64,000 nucleotides of DNA from Camelus ferus (lineage: Eukaryota), in assembly GCF_009834535.1 (NCBI RefSeq), contig NC_045697.1, forward strand, positions 10,046,001-10,110,000. The letters are read 5' to 3'. The notes beneath the pieces are model-generated. The model was given only the letters and a program-made list of their open reading frames with translations. It made no database searches and was not told the origin of the DNA. Positions 49,871 through 62,690 of this stretch are shown piece after piece (position 1 is the first letter of the stretch; every line of letters begins with the position of its first letter). The translations under genes were made by a program, and so were the position numbers.

Positions 49871-50908
49871 ACTACCACAGGAGCTGTGAGGCCAGGATAG
49901 GTGATGAGTTTTCTAAGTAGATATTGCAGTAGCTGAGGATTATGATAGTGATGTTGGAGAGAGTGACAGGGGCCATGATCTGACATCTCCAAAAACGAGG
50001 GACTTGCTATAGATTAGTAGATGACTAGTGGGTGGCATGGACTAATGACAGGAGATTCAGTGCTGGAGGGATAGAAGAAGGTGGAATAATGAATGGTCTG
50101 GAAACAGTAGGGAGGAGCAAGGAGGTGACCAACTTCCCCTCCAGGCCCAGCAGAATGAGGAGTGAGGGTAGGAAACAGCCACCACTTGAGTGGGCGGCAG
50201 GGACAGAGGTGTCCTCAAGGGAGACCCACGCTTCAGGCAGAACAAGAAAGTGAAAGACATTCAGAACGGAGGATGAGGATACAGCGGACTTGGCTGATGA
50301 GTGGAAGCTGAGTTCCAAGGGACACCAGGGAAGGACTTCTGGAGTCAGGAAGGAGTGAGGGACGGGCTAGGAAAGGAACCATAGGATTGAGAGTCCATGG
50401 AATGAGTGATGCCATGGGAGCCTGAAGGACATGCACTGGCATAAAGGGTGTGGTGAGGCTCCCCTAATGGTCTCCAGGCAGAGTGGTGGTGAGTGAGACT
50501 GTAAGGGGGAAGGAGGAGCGAGGTGGGGTCTCCAGGAAACATGTCAGGTCCATGGAGGCTTGGAGCTGGGATAGTGAGAAGCCTTATCTGGAGCACCCAG
50601 AAAGCTCTCGGGTGCCTTCCTTGCTCTCCCAATAGATTTTCATTAACTCTGGAGAAGACCAAGTACATTGGTAATCCTGGGTGATAAAATGTGAGAAGGC
50701 TGGGGAGCCAGGAAGTGAGGCTAACGGTGGTCAACAGCGGCAAGTCATGGAGAGCTTAGCATCGTGTTAGACTTCAGCCCTTATCCCACAGACTTCGTCT
50801 TTGGGCTATGACAGGGGCTCTTATGAAGATCCCGGTCTTACTCCTACCCCCCCATCACCCTACATATCCATTGTACCCAGAGCTTTGGGGAGCTGGGGAC
50901 TTACCAGT

Positions 50909-51322
50909 TGTGTATGTCAGTGTTCAACCAGAGAAACAGAGCCAGTAGGAGGTAATATATTTTAGGAGATGGACTGTGAGGAATTGAATTATGCAGATGT
51001 AAAGATGGTCTAGAGAGTTTGAAATCTGTGGGGGGGACCTCCAGGAAGGGCAGACTAGAACCATCAGGGATGGGCTAGTGCTGAAATCCATATGTATGTG
51101 GAATTTTTTCTTTATCGTGGAAGCCTCAACTCTGTGCTTACGATCTTTTAACTGAATCATGCCCACCCAGATTATCTAGGAAAATCTCCCTTACTTAAAG
51201 CCAACCGATTATGGATTTTAATCACATCCACAAAATACTTTCTCCACAAAACCTAGGTGAATGTTTGGAGGAAAACTGGGGACTGAAGTCTAGCCAAGCT
51301 GGTCATCAAACTAAGTATGACA
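50909..51322 (-). mobile_element. MLT2 (ERVL) solo LTR, MLT2D-like
   Basis: TG...CA ends with an intact 5-bp TSD ccagt (50904-50908, 51323-51327). Internal 'ccagagaaacagagccagtagga...gcccacccagattatc...ttacttaaagccaaccgattatggattttaatcacatc'. Confidence 0.88.
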
Positions 51323-52744
51323 CCAGTGTCGCCCCTAAAATCTGTAGATCCACGGTGAGAGTTCCTTCTGTGAGTAAGGATTCGTCCGTGGAGGATGAGA
51401 GGGAGAGGGTTAAGATGGTCCACCTTGCACTTCAGAAAAATCAGATCATTGGGCTTAAGTGGCAAAAATTCTTAGGAAGGAATTTGAGCAAACAGTACTA
51501 AAAATAAAATATGACTTTCTCCAGTGCAAATCCATGTGAATTACAGTTGATCTCAGTGGGAAATAAAGCAAGTTGGAAGGAACCCCAAAGAAAAGTTATT
51601 CCAAATTTCCCTGGATATTCCAAGAAAGGACATATTTGTCCAGTGCACAAGGATTTTTAACTAATAGTTCAAAATTCCCAGCAGCTATGGCACCACTGAA
51701 TTCACGATTAATGAATTGACAAATATTCATGGGCACTTAATAAGTGCTCAGCATTCTAATGAAAATAGGGAAGTAGCGACAGTTCCTGCCCCCTCCCCAA
51801 GAGGCAGCTTCCCCAGGGAGGCCATCGGCACTCTTCCAATTGAAAGTGAGAGGACACCACCTCAAGATGCTTTAGCTGAAAAACAGATTCGGGGAAGAGT
51901 TCATCAAAGTCTGGGCTATATCTCTGGCTTCAGGTTCTGCTGGATCCAGGTACTCTAAGAACATAGTTAGAACTCTGTCTTTGCACATCTCTTACTTCTG
52001 CTTTTCTCTGAGGTAACTTCACGTTTGGTCAGGTCACTCCCAGCAATGGCAGAAAGGGTCAACAAAACCCCCAGGCTTACATGCTAGAGCAGTAATCCCA
52101 GCAGAAAAGTCCCAGGGCTGAGTTTCACTGGACTCACGTAAGTCACGAGCCCTCTCTTGAATGAATCGTTGTAACCAGAGCAGTGTAATAACCTGAAGAG
52201 GCTGGAGCGTAAGTGAGAGAGAGAAAGGTCCCCAACAGAAAATCAAGAGGCTATTCCAGAAGCAGGAACAGACATTGGGTAGACAATAAAAGGCAGGCCC
52301 TGCTACAAGAACTTTACAACTGAAGGTCCAGAAACCAGTGCCAGTCAGAATAGAGCTGGGAATCCCACTGGGTGTCCTGCCCCAACTTCCAGGCTATTTC
52401 CTCATCCCTAAAGGGGTGAGGGGGACTAATAACAACACTCACTATGTCTCACTGCTACAAGTATTATCAAAAAATCAAATGCAGTATATATAAATATGCC
52501 TTATAAATAATAAATCATATGCAAATAAGACATGATAAGCACTTTATCCATGAGGTGAGGGTTGAGTTTGTGCTGCAAAGGGGAAGCAGGAAGGTAGAAA
52601 GCCAGCAGGAAGAAGTATCACTCTCTGGGCAAAGTCACCCACAGGTGAAGAGAGGCTTGTTCTGTCCTAATGTAATGCAATGATCCTTTGTATTCAGAAT
52701 TTCCATCTGTGAGAATGAATTGAAATAATAATAGGGAAGATTAC

Positions 52745-52930
52745 AAGTTTGTTCCTTACTAGCTGTATGACTTTGGGCAAATTTTGTCATCTCTCACTCT
52801 GTTTCCTCATCTGCAAAGTGGGATAATGATAGTACTTGCCTCACAGGATAATTGCGAGGATTGAATGTGTTAACACAGGTAAAGCACCAGATATGTACTA
52901 AGTGTTCTACAAATACTAACTATTGTCATT
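52745..52930 (+). mobile_element. MIR SINE
   Basis: 'ttactagctgtatgactttgggcaa...tgtttcctcatctgcaaagtgggataatgatagtacttgcctcacagg'. Confidence 0.88.
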
Positions 52931-54166
52931 GGTCCTCAAAATCATCTGGATTAGTAGGAATTCTTATTCCTCTTTTTTTTTTTTTTTGGATGAAAAAACT
53001 GATGCATAAAAGAATTCAGTGAGTAAAGTAAGATTTGAACCCAGATCTGACAAAATTCATCAGGACCTGACAGATACAGGCAGGTGGGGAGGGAGGAGGG
53101 GAGCCAGGGAAGAAAGAAGGGAGGGGGATTTACCTGGATTTATTTTAAGCAGGAGTAAACCAGGTATTCTAGAATATTCCTTTAGCCTTTGAGGGAGTGA
53201 TAGTAATTTGAATGGCTTGGTTGGAGAAAGTTTGAGCCAGCATCAGAAAAGAAAACTAAAAATTTTAGGAACATGCCATAGATAACACGTTGAATTTAAG
53301 TGCTCTTCTATGGAATCCTGAAACCCTCCACTCCAGACATGGAGAAACCAGACTCCATTATTTGCCAGGAGATGGAGGTTGCACGTTCATGCCATCATGG
53401 TCCACACCTGTGTGTATCTAGAGGCAATTACCTTATATCATCTAATTTGCTCCTCACCAAGATGGCCCCAGAGTGGATACAACCTTCCTCTCAGCCCCAC
53501 GGTATGGATAAGAACAGAGGGACAGAGCCCATGTGTGAACCAAACCTCACCCAAATCCAGAGTTCTCCAGCTCCATCACAGGCATCCGTCCAGGAGAGCA
53601 GCCCAGCCCAAGGGTGCTAGCCCTGCATTCCACACTCCATGAACCCCGAGGTACACCCCTGTCTATCCCACACTCTGCACAGCCTCTCCAGGATGCTGAG
53701 TGGCATCTCCCTTCTCAGAGTATGGGCTGGGGCCGTGAGGCTCCGGGAGAGTAGAGGATGAAATGGGAGAGGTGTTTGAGCCAGGAATTCCTTGTGAGTC
53801 TGCTTTGCCTGTCTACAAATCTATTTCCTTTCTCCATCTCCTAGCAAGAAACTGCAGTAGTTATTTTTTTTTTTAAAGCCTCATAGAGAGTTTTCAAGAG
53901 GGATTTCAGTGAAAGTGTAGGGGTGAGAGGAACCAGGAAAACAGGTGAATTCCAAAGACTGGGAGTTTGCTATCCTTCAACAAGGAAGCAATCATGACAA
54001 TTGCAGTAAAAGCCCAGAAATAGACTATGAGCTTGGCTGGGGACACGGTCTCCCTCACTGAACACTGACTGGTCCCCCAGGACCATTCTGCAGAGCTCTC
54101 CCACAGTGCCTGAGAGAGGTGGGGAGGGAACGGACCTTCTGGGGAAGCTAAAGCACATTCTAGGTC

Positions 54167-54330
54167 AGTGGTTCCCAAGCCGGGCCTTTCTCAGAATCAC
54201 CTGGGAGCTTGTTAAGAGGTAGACTCCCAAAGATTCTGACTCTGAACATGTAGGGCAGGGCCAGGACATCTGCTGTCTTAAGAGGGTCCCTGGAAATTCC
54301 GAGGACGAGATGGGTCCTAGAACCATCACT
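54167..54330. mobile_element. MER5A-like hAT MITE
   Basis: 'cagtggttcccaa...tcagaatcacctgggagcttgttaa...agattctgact...agaaccatcact'. Confidence 0.75.
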
Positions 54331-54474
54331 CCAGGTAGCTTCCTTGCTGTGTGACCTGGGGCAAGGGAGGCCACCTCTCTGAGCCTGTAGCATAGAGAGA
54401 GCTTGCGAGAAATCCTTGACTAGACAAAGCTAGGCAGCCTGATGCATGTCGGTAGGGGAAAGCCCAGGTGAGTC

Positions 54475-54550
54475 AGAGCCCGCCCAGACCTCAGAACCCC
54501 AGCCCTGGGCAGAGAGCCCACCCAGACCTCAGAACCCCAACCCTGGGCAG
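54475..54550 (+). repeat. 38-bp tandem duplication
   Basis: agagccc(g/a)cccagacctcagaacccca(g/a)ccctgggcag, two copies with two mismatches. Confidence 0.93.
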
Positions 54551-54831
54551 AGCTGCGCACTCACCGAGCGCTGCTGAGTGAAACAGCATGTTGGAGAAAA
54601 CAGATGTGTATGGACCCACTTTTTAAACTAAATTATCTCAGTATGTGTACATGTTTGTGCAGAGTGAAAAATGTGTGGAAGAATGTGCATGCAGGTCTGT
54701 TAATGGGAATCTTTGAGGACTAGAATTCAAAGGAAGAGATTTGTGCAAAGGGACTCACATTTTTTTCTTTATATACTTCTGTATGGTTTTGATTTTTTAC
54801 AACAAATATGTTTATAGCTTTCCACAAAAAC

Positions 54832-54833
<2 letters not shown>

Positions 54834-54880
<47 letters not shown>

Positions 54881-54960
54881 ATATATATAACTGAATCTCT
54901 CTGCTGTACATATGAAACTAATACAGCATTGTAAATCAGCTATACTTCAATTTAAAAAAA
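54834..54960 (+). mobile_element. (TA)n microsatellite leading into an L1 3' terminus
   Basis: TA run 54834-54889, then 'actgaatctctctgctgtaca.atgaaactaatacagcattgtaaatcagctatacttcaatttaaaaaaa'. Confidence 0.85.
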
Positions 54961-55181
54961 CAGAATAGGTGTTTGATCCCAACTGAATTGGAATCTGCTG
55001 TTCACACTTGGAGACTATGGGTGAGATGGAGAGGAGTCTCACAGGTCGAAAGCCCTAAGCCCTGACTCTAGCACTTTCTTACCTCGAGCACCGGAAGTGG
55101 CCTGGGTGAGAAGCCTGCAGCCAAGGGGATGCTAAGCATTGATAACAATGTGAACACTCCATCTGTTTCCCAAAAGTAGAC

Positions 55182-55870
55182 TGTCTCATAATGGATCCTT
55201 GGGATTTTAATTTATGGAGGTGCTTGACCAATGACATGGAAAGGCCAGGACACCCAGGGCCACCTGGTAAAGCACCTGGCTGGACAGGAGGCAGAGGGAG
55301 AGAGAGAAAACTCCAGACCAGAACATTTATTGTGTCTTCCGTGGGAAGGGTGAGGCAGGACTCGGTAAATAGGATTGGCTAGTTTCAAATATTCCGGCCA
55401 GGGGTGGAGGTATAGCTCAAGTGGTAGACTGCATGCTTAGCATGCACAAGGTCCTGGGTTCAATCCCCAGTACCTCCTCTAAAAATAAATAAATAACCCT
55501 AATTACCTCCCATTACCTTCACCCTCCCCCCAAAAAATTAGTTAATTTTTAAAAAATAAAAAAAAGAACATTAAAAAAAAATTCCAGACAACTTTGGGGC
55601 ACAGGGACTGTCCCTAGCTGTCTGGCACCTGTCTCTGGGGTGATTTAGGGCAGGGGGAGTATTGGCTTGGTGTGTGAGAGCTGGATAAAGGAGCTGTTTG
55701 GGGGTCTGGACTCTGGATTGGACTTTGGATATGAAAGGCACACTCCCAGACGAGCCCTTTGCTATGTCTCCAAGTTGGTGAGGCCTGGGAGGGGCAGTCT
55801 CTCCCAGGGTAGTGAGGCCATAGATGCTGGGGCATCAGGAATATAGAAAATAAGAAAATATGGTGACAAC
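55182..55870. mobile_element. ERVL LTR (MER76-like) split by a SINE
   Basis: 'aggattggctagtttcaaata' [SINE] 'ggggcacagggactgtccctagctgtctggcacctg..ctggggtgatttagggcagggg...gtgtgagagc..gataaaggag'. Confidence 0.55.
55401..55580 (+). mobile_element. Camelid tRNA-derived SINE (Vic-1-like) with intact Pol III boxes
   Basis: A-box TAGCTCAAGTGG 55413-55424, B-box GGTTCAATCCC 55457-55467, A-rich tail, and a diverged TSD (aaatattccggcca / aaaaattccagaca). Confidence 0.9.
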
Positions 55871-56089
55871 AGTCAGCTCTGTGATGAATGAATGTCAAAT
55901 AGACAGATTCAGAATCTAAGAAAACATAGTTAGAACAATGACCCAATTAAGAGGCCAGTATCCTGGGTCATCACTCAGATGTCCTCTGCAGAGGGCGAGA
56001 TGGGTAAAGTAGAAGGAGGCAGGGCCAAGACCAGGGGACCAAGAGAAGGGCCAATAATCTAGATGACACTGGACAGAACAGCAGAAGTC

Positions 56090-56290
56090 ATCAGGCCTAC
56101 TGTGTGCTGAGCCAAAACCAAGCACCCTAAATATATTATCTCTAACAAACCTTTGAAACAGTATTACTATCACCATTTGACAGATGAGAAAACCGAGGCT
56201 CAGAGGGGATAAGTGCTTTACGCAAATTCACCCAGCCTGTAAATGGTGGAGACAGGATTTCATCTCTGTCAGGATGATTCCAAATTTAAA
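56090..56290 (-). mobile_element. MIR SINE
   Basis: 'ccatttgacagatgagaaaaccgaggctcagaggggataagtgc'. Confidence 0.88.
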
Positions 56291-58004
56291 GCCTGATTCC
56301 TCATAAATGTGGGCTTGAACCTGGGCAGATGCTGCTCTCCAAGGAGACTGATTCTGCTGAGCTAAGGGGAAGGCAGAGGGTTTTATACAATGATGGTTCC
56401 CTGTCAGGATGTTGCCACATGACAGTTCCAAGCACAGCAGCTGAACAAGAAACTTAGTGCAGCTGAGACTCTCATAAAGCTCTAATCAAGGCAGGTGGCA
56501 CTCCAGTGGCTGGGCAGCAGGACTAGAGGAAGGCTGCAGCCAGAGAGCACCCAGCTGTGAGCACTCAGCACTTATACTGCACCCTGGGCCCCTCAGTCCA
56601 GATCCCCACCAAAGAGGGACAGAGCCAGCCTCAGTCAGGTTCGGAGACAAGGCTGGACCCAGAGGGGCCAGCAGTGGACAGGAGGGAGCAGTGCTTCTAA
56701 ACGGGAGGGCCAGGGGCAGACAGGGACTTACAGAGTTCCTATCCAGAGGTCAAGTGAATTAACACAACCGTGCACTAACTCTTCTGTGAGCTTCCAGTGT
56801 TAACTTTGGTTTGAGGGGAATTTGAGGAGCCCCAAAGTCTGCTAATCACACGACAGGGCTGACTTCAGGCATCTCTTTCTCCTAAAGGCCTTTTGCAACC
56901 ATCCAACCTTGGGTGAAAGTCTGATCTATGAGATCACCAGAGCTCACAGTCGTGGTTAGGCACACACGCTCCACGTCACACTGGGCGTGAAGACCATAAG
57001 TCATGGCTCTTCCTTCAAGGGACTCACAGTCATCAGAATGAGACCATCTCAGCACCCTCTAGGCTGTGAACACTCCCAGAGTCTCTAAGGCTTCACTTAG
57101 AAACATGCTTTCTGAGAAATGAAAACAAGCAACACTGTTTGGAATCAGCTTCACTCTAGATCCTAAATTAGGACACATAACAGCCCACCTGAAAAAGCCC
57201 CACTCACAGCCAAGGAGTTGCATTAACAAACCCCATGAAAATCCCCCACCCAATGCCGGCAACTATGTAGTTCTACCTCCAAAACTCCCCAAATCATCCA
57301 AACTGCATTTGAAGTTACCAGGGCATACAGTGAGATAAAGTCCCACCCCCGCCCCCCCTCCCAGCCCTACGCAGAGCCCATCCTCAACCAGACCACCACT
57401 CGAGCATTGCAACAAATCTGGTCTTGCTGTTCTCCTCCATCTTGGCTACAACCCTTAATCACTCATGCACTCATTCAGCCAACAGTTTCCTGAGGACCAG
57501 TCATGGGTCAGAGGCTGTATTTGTTTCCAGCAACACAAACAGGCATGAGATATGGTCCTAAGTGAAAATGAGCTTTTAGGCCCTCAAAACAATAGTGACT
57601 TTATTTTTCCACACCCTGCTGGGAATTTTGAAACACATGGGGTTGGTTACCAAGAGTTCTAATGAACCCCAGCTAGGATCCATTTACCAAACACGAAGCA
57701 CAAGCCCAATCATATTAGACTCATGCTTAACCATCATTGGTCTCTCATCAGTGTGCAAGCGCCTTTATTTGACATCTTGACAGATTCCTGCCTACTATTC
57801 ATGCCTTCTCCTCCAACGTTAACCTGCAAAGGCTCTGTGCTTTCAAAATTTCTGTTCCATGACCATCTTTGCCCACGCTCAGGTCTCCTCTGAATGGGCA
57901 CCTCCTACTCAAACTTCAGAGCTCAGTTCAGACACCCATTCGTGACCATCCATCCTGAGGCAGCAGTCCACTTCAGCATCCCTGGGTGTCTCTGTAAGCA
58001 CTCT

Positions 58005-58212
58005 AGATAGTGGTTGAGCACATGCATTCTTTGTCACACTGCCTGCACTGCCCATTCTGCTACTCTGTGACCCTGGCAGAGTTCCTTCATATCCCTAAGC
58101 CTCAGTTTCCTTTTACCTAGAATGAGTTGTACGGATTAAATGAGATGGTAAGCACTGGTAAAGACGTAGCCCAGTGCTTGAGCACGTAGTAAGCACTAAA
58201 GTGTTAGCTGCT
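58005..58212 (+). mobile_element. MIR SINE
   Basis: 'ctgtgaccctggcaga..cctaagcctcagtttcctt...ggattaaatgagatg...cacgtagtaagcactaaagtgttagct'. Confidence 0.82.
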
Positions 58213-59205
58213 GGAATCTCAGAATATTTATAACATTGACTTTAATCGTTACCTCAATTTAACTATCACTTCCTCATGCATGGCTTGCATGACTCTAAAT
58301 AACTATATGGGTGTTAAGGACATGAATGAATGAATTGATAGGCCACTTGCAAAATTTGCAAAGTGCTTTTCAAGTAATTTGTCCTGAGTGCCCACTTGGG
58401 GCCGGACACTGCTCCAGGGGCTTTCCCAGATATCAGCTCATCTGCTCTTCCCAATATTCCTAGGGGATTAAAAAATCTGCTGCTATGATTACATTTCTCA
58501 GATGAGAAAAATAAGCCCAGAAAGTTTATGCAATTTTTCCAGGGCTTTGCCATTAAAGAATGGTAAGACAGGGTTTAAGCCCAGATTGCCTGGTTCCAGG
58601 GAAGAGCTGTTACTGTGATCCAACATGCACCCTGGATTTTAGGGAAACAAGACTGAAGCTAAGATCATTGTCTCTGGGCCAATAATAATTCCAAGATGTA
58701 ATGCTTCATTCTTAGAGAATGTCTAGGATCATACATACATTTTTTAATTATAGAGAGAAGAAATAACTGAAAAAAGAAGAAAGCATTTACGGACTGTAAA
58801 TTGCAGGAAAACCTAAAGGCAGCAGCTCCCATGACTCTGATAGGATTAGATGATCTGTGTAATCCATCAGAAATCAGCCGAGTCTGTTCAGGTAGTAAAT
58901 AATGCTGTCAACAGCACTAAATTTGGTGCACAAGAAGATATATGAAAGGAAGTGGAAAGAAACAGAAAAGGGTTAGGTTCTAGTGTTTTGTTTCCCAGTG
59001 AACACAAGAAATCTGAAACCCTCTGCAACAAAGAAGATTACTTTGGGGATTCTACAAAATTTCCCCTTCAAAACTCAGGGAAACCATGTCCACGATGGGT
59101 GATGGATGGTCTGCTCTGATTCACACCCTCCTGCCAGCCCTTCCAACCTCCTCCATGTCCAGACTTCCTAACATCTGATACAGAAATTGCTGGCTTTTCT
59201 TGCCC

Positions 59206-59653
59206 TATATTAGTCAGAGGCTGCATTACACAGGAGTAACAAACACATCCCAAATCTCAGCGTTTTAAGACTGCAAAGATGTATGTATTTTTATTGCTGT
59301 TATCGTTATTGCTACATTTTGTTGTTGCTACAATATTGTTAATAGCTGCGTGCTCAACGTGGGGCAACAGAGGAGGCGTTCAGGGACCGGGCCAGCTCCG
59401 CCGTCTGCCTGTACCACCATCATGGCTCGAGGCTTCATAGTTCACTGTGGAAAGGGAGGAAAGCATGGAGGTGGTTCTTGTCCCTTACACTCACATTATG
59501 CCGCCCAAGCAATTCACCTGGTCACAACTAGCTTTGAAGGTGGAGGAAAGGGGACATTACGGAGAGGACAGAACTGGAAATGCTGGTGGGCACCAGTGCT
59601 GTGTACCTCACATAGGAGAAGTCAGAATGCCCCTATAAAAGTCTGTTTCCACA
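59206..59653 (-). mobile_element. Old MaLR LTR (MLT1J-like)
   Basis: 'tattagtcagagg.tgcattacacaggagtaacaaacacatcccaaatctcag...ctcacattatgcc..caagcaattcacctggtcac'. Confidence 0.6.
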
Positions 59654-60059
59654 TTGCAGATAGTCAGTGAGGAGGGAGTGGTAAATAAATGAACTGGAAC
59701 CAGGAAGACACGCCATATTGGTTTTTTAGGAAGTCTCTTGTTAGGAGAGCCTGGCTGGTGTGAAAACGGATGAGTAGTGCTGGAAAGAGAGAACCTTGGA
59801 GTCATAGCTTTATCATGAGCTACACTGATCCTCTGGAGACCAAAGGCTGCATAGGAGGGCAGAAACCACAATCAAATTTGGAGCCCAGTTACCTGTGGCC
59901 CCCATCCCCTCTCTGCACTACTGTTGGTCAAACAGCTGGATGTACCTACTTATGTCTGAGTAACACCCAGAAAGAAACCAGGTGGCCAGGGCCCCTGCAT
60001 GGGGGATGTGAGAGGGAGAAGACAGGGAGGAAAAACAAATACAGAAGGCAGATTAAACT

Positions 60060-61265
60060 ATATATGACATGAATGATCTATCCCAGAGAACAAGGAGATT
60101 ATTTCTCTTCAGTTTTAAACAAACTGACAATGTGGGTTTAAAGAAAAAGCAGGTTCAAAGAAGAAACAGAAGTGATCAAAAGAGAAATAAAAAGAAAACC
60201 AGTTGAAAAGCAAGCTGGAAGATAAAAATAAAGCAATTATAGAGATGAAAGTCAATTTAGAAGCAACAGAAAAGAGATAAGAGCTGTTGAAAGCACAAGC
60301 CAAGCGTAAGATAGCACACGCAATGAAACAGAAAGGGAGAATGAAATAAAAATGATTACAGAGCAGACAACACAAACTGAGAGAAAAGGGAGGCTGACAA
60401 ACACACACTGATATTCTGAACAAGACAAAGGGGAACAGGGGAAAAAGCTGGAAGAAAATTTTAAAAAGGCTCTTGAAGTAAAGAAAGCTAGATATCTCTA
60501 GATTTAAAGGACACACCCACCGTATTCTAGCAGGGGAAGCAGAATTGGCAACATGAGGATGTGTACTGTGAAGATACTGAAATTCAGGGGGAAATGTTCC
60601 ATCTGCGTCGTGCGGAGAACGCAGACCACAAGATTCCTCTCCGTCCCGCTATGACCCTCGGCACGAGAAAACAACAGGACATCTACCACGTTCTTAGGGG
60701 AAAAGGGCGACCCAAGAGTTTTCTGCTCAGGCAAATTATGCTGCAACTGTAAAAGAAACAGGCACACGTTCTTAAACATGCAGGAATTCAAGGACCACAG
60801 TAACAAAGCGCTTCTTGAAAAATATTTGATGATGAAATCCAGCATCCAGGACAAGGCATGAATCAAAATTAAACACCCAGGCATGGAGAAAAAGGACAAC
60901 AGTACACACTAGATTCGTTTAATCATAGCACTGAAGCTGGGAATGTGTTGGCAGCACAGAATATAAACATGGTAATTCCAGGCAGTCCAAAAATAATAAT
61001 GTAACTAATAAGAATCAGGAGAATCAGGGTGGAAGGAAGCAGGAAGGGCATAAAATCAGCCTCTTTCAAGGCACAAAGTAAATGCGTATTGTATTAAGTG
61101 GAAACATACAGAGTTTTTTAAAAACAAAATAATGCCAAACTCTTAATATTTTTTCATAATTGTCTTCTATCCTTAGAAACATCTTTTAGGGGCTAATATC
61201 AGTTGTTATGAATAAATATTTTTCTGAGGTTTTACAATTCCTTCTGTTTGATTCTAGTTTGTTTT
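60060..61265 (+). mobile_element. HAL1 / ancient L1 ORF1-derived remnant
   Basis: A/G-rich coiled-coil-like ORF1 remnant (60140-60480), then 'ttaaacatgcaggaattcaagga...cttcttgaaaaatatttgatgatgaaatccagc'. Many stops and no ORF2 sequence follow. Confidence 0.6.
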
Positions 61266-61463
61266 TCTTCCGGGAAACTCAAGCAGACTTAGGTTTCGCT
61301 TGGAGAGCGCAGACCCTCGCGCACAACACTCAGGCTTCCCAAATTGGGCTCAGTAATCATTTCAATTTAATGTACATTGAGTTATTTGGAATTTTAATGA
61401 TTTGCATATTATTCCGTGGAGTTACTAATGGAGTCAGCGCCCACTTTTCCTTGGTGATAAACG

Positions 61464-61963
61464 TGTCAGTTAGGGACACTTTGGCTGCAATCAACAGAAT
61501 ATCCAAGTAACAGCAGCTTAAACTAGGAAGGGTTTTTATTTCTTCACATAACAAAAAATCAGAGGGTCGCTGGCATCGGTTCAACAGCTCATTAAAGCCA
61601 CTGAGATCCAGGCTGCTTCTCTCTTCCCACTATTTCATTCTTAACATGTTATCTTTCATACTCATGCTTGTCATCAAGATGGCTCTGAGCTTGAGACAGA
61701 GCTTCTGTGCTCATCACAGGCGGAAGAGAAGGCAGGGAGGTACCCATTGTGTCTGGTCTTTGCAATGGGAAAGCAAACCTTTCCAGAATTCTCCATTTGA
61801 TGTATTTTCGTACCCGATTGACTAGAATCATGTCACCAGCCTCCCAAGGCCACCTGCAAATGAGGCTACGCAGTGGGCATACATTGCCATCTTATGAAAT
61901 CGGAATTCTGGTAGCAATAGTAGAGGAGAAATGGATATCGATTTATTCCCAGTATCTGCCACA
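61464..61963 (-). mobile_element. Old MaLR LTR (MLT1K/L-like)
   Basis: 'tgtcagttagg..actttggctgcaa..aacagaa...cagcagcttaaac..ggaagggtttttatttcttcacataacaa...caagatggct...tctgccaca'. Confidence 0.75.
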
Positions 61964-62079
61964 AAAAGAAACCCAGAAAGCTCAGGAAACTAAAATTTAG
62001 CAACCCTGTTCCTTCCTCCTAGTCCATCTCTGTTGAGGAGTTATCACTTCCCCTACTGAGTGTTTTGTCATATGGATAA

Positions 62080-62690
62080 TTTTGGTTTAGGATAAAATCT
62101 GAACAGAGTGATCTTTCTAAGATGAAAACCAGATCACGTTCCTCTCCCACTTCCTTCAAGATCTTCCTGATGAACTTGAAATACAATTTAAGCTCCTCCC
62201 CATGGCCTCCAAGACCCAGCAGGATGTAGCCCAGCACAATCTAGCTCATCTTCAGTAAATACCCTTGCCCTGGCTCTCTCCCAGCCATCTCATGCCCTCC
62301 CTGCTCTCCTGGGAACAGGCTGGATTATTCCTACTTCAGTGTCCTGACAAGGGCTACCCCTCTGCAGGGACCTCTCATCCCCCCAGATTCATGGGTCACA
62401 ACTTTGCCTCATTTACATCTCTACTCTAATGTTGCCTCCTCTAGAGACCTCCTCTGATCTCCTCCCCAAGACTCACCGTCCTCTTAAGTCCTTTCTAGAC
62501 ATCCCAGCACTTCCTGCTCCTTGAGATTATCACTGCATTTGTTTCCTCGGTTGACATCTGCCTGCCACTCTACAGCACCACTCCCTGAGGGCAGGACTAT
62601 TTTCTGTCTTATTTGCCCTGTTTCCCCAGTGCCTGGATTCGTGCTTTGCACATCTTAGGTTCTCAACTGATCTCTGTTGAGTGAGCAAGG
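62080..62690 (+). mobile_element. L2 LINE 3' fragment
   Basis: 'gtgatctttctaagatgaaaaccagatcacgt...ctccctgagggcaggactattttctgtcttattt..ccccagtgcctgg...tgttgagtgag'. Confidence 0.8.

Larger units (their letters stand above)
46700..51420 (-). mobile_element. Long degraded L2 LINE interrupted by several LTRs
   Basis: The L2 3' end at ~46710 ('ttcatcaacaaatac..caaacactgttctag') continues at 47360-47510, 48930-49650 and 49870-50750 with purine-rich L2 reverse-strand text ('gtgggacagaagcctgatggagtaggtctgagagagaatgggagg'). Confidence 0.6.

Noticed and set aside
61268..61276. Isolated GAS site TTCCGGGAA
   Set aside because: A single 9-mer at the edge of a HAL1 remnant. Similar TTCCNGGAA sites occur at ~9485, ~21892 and ~24727, so chance is a sufficient explanation.
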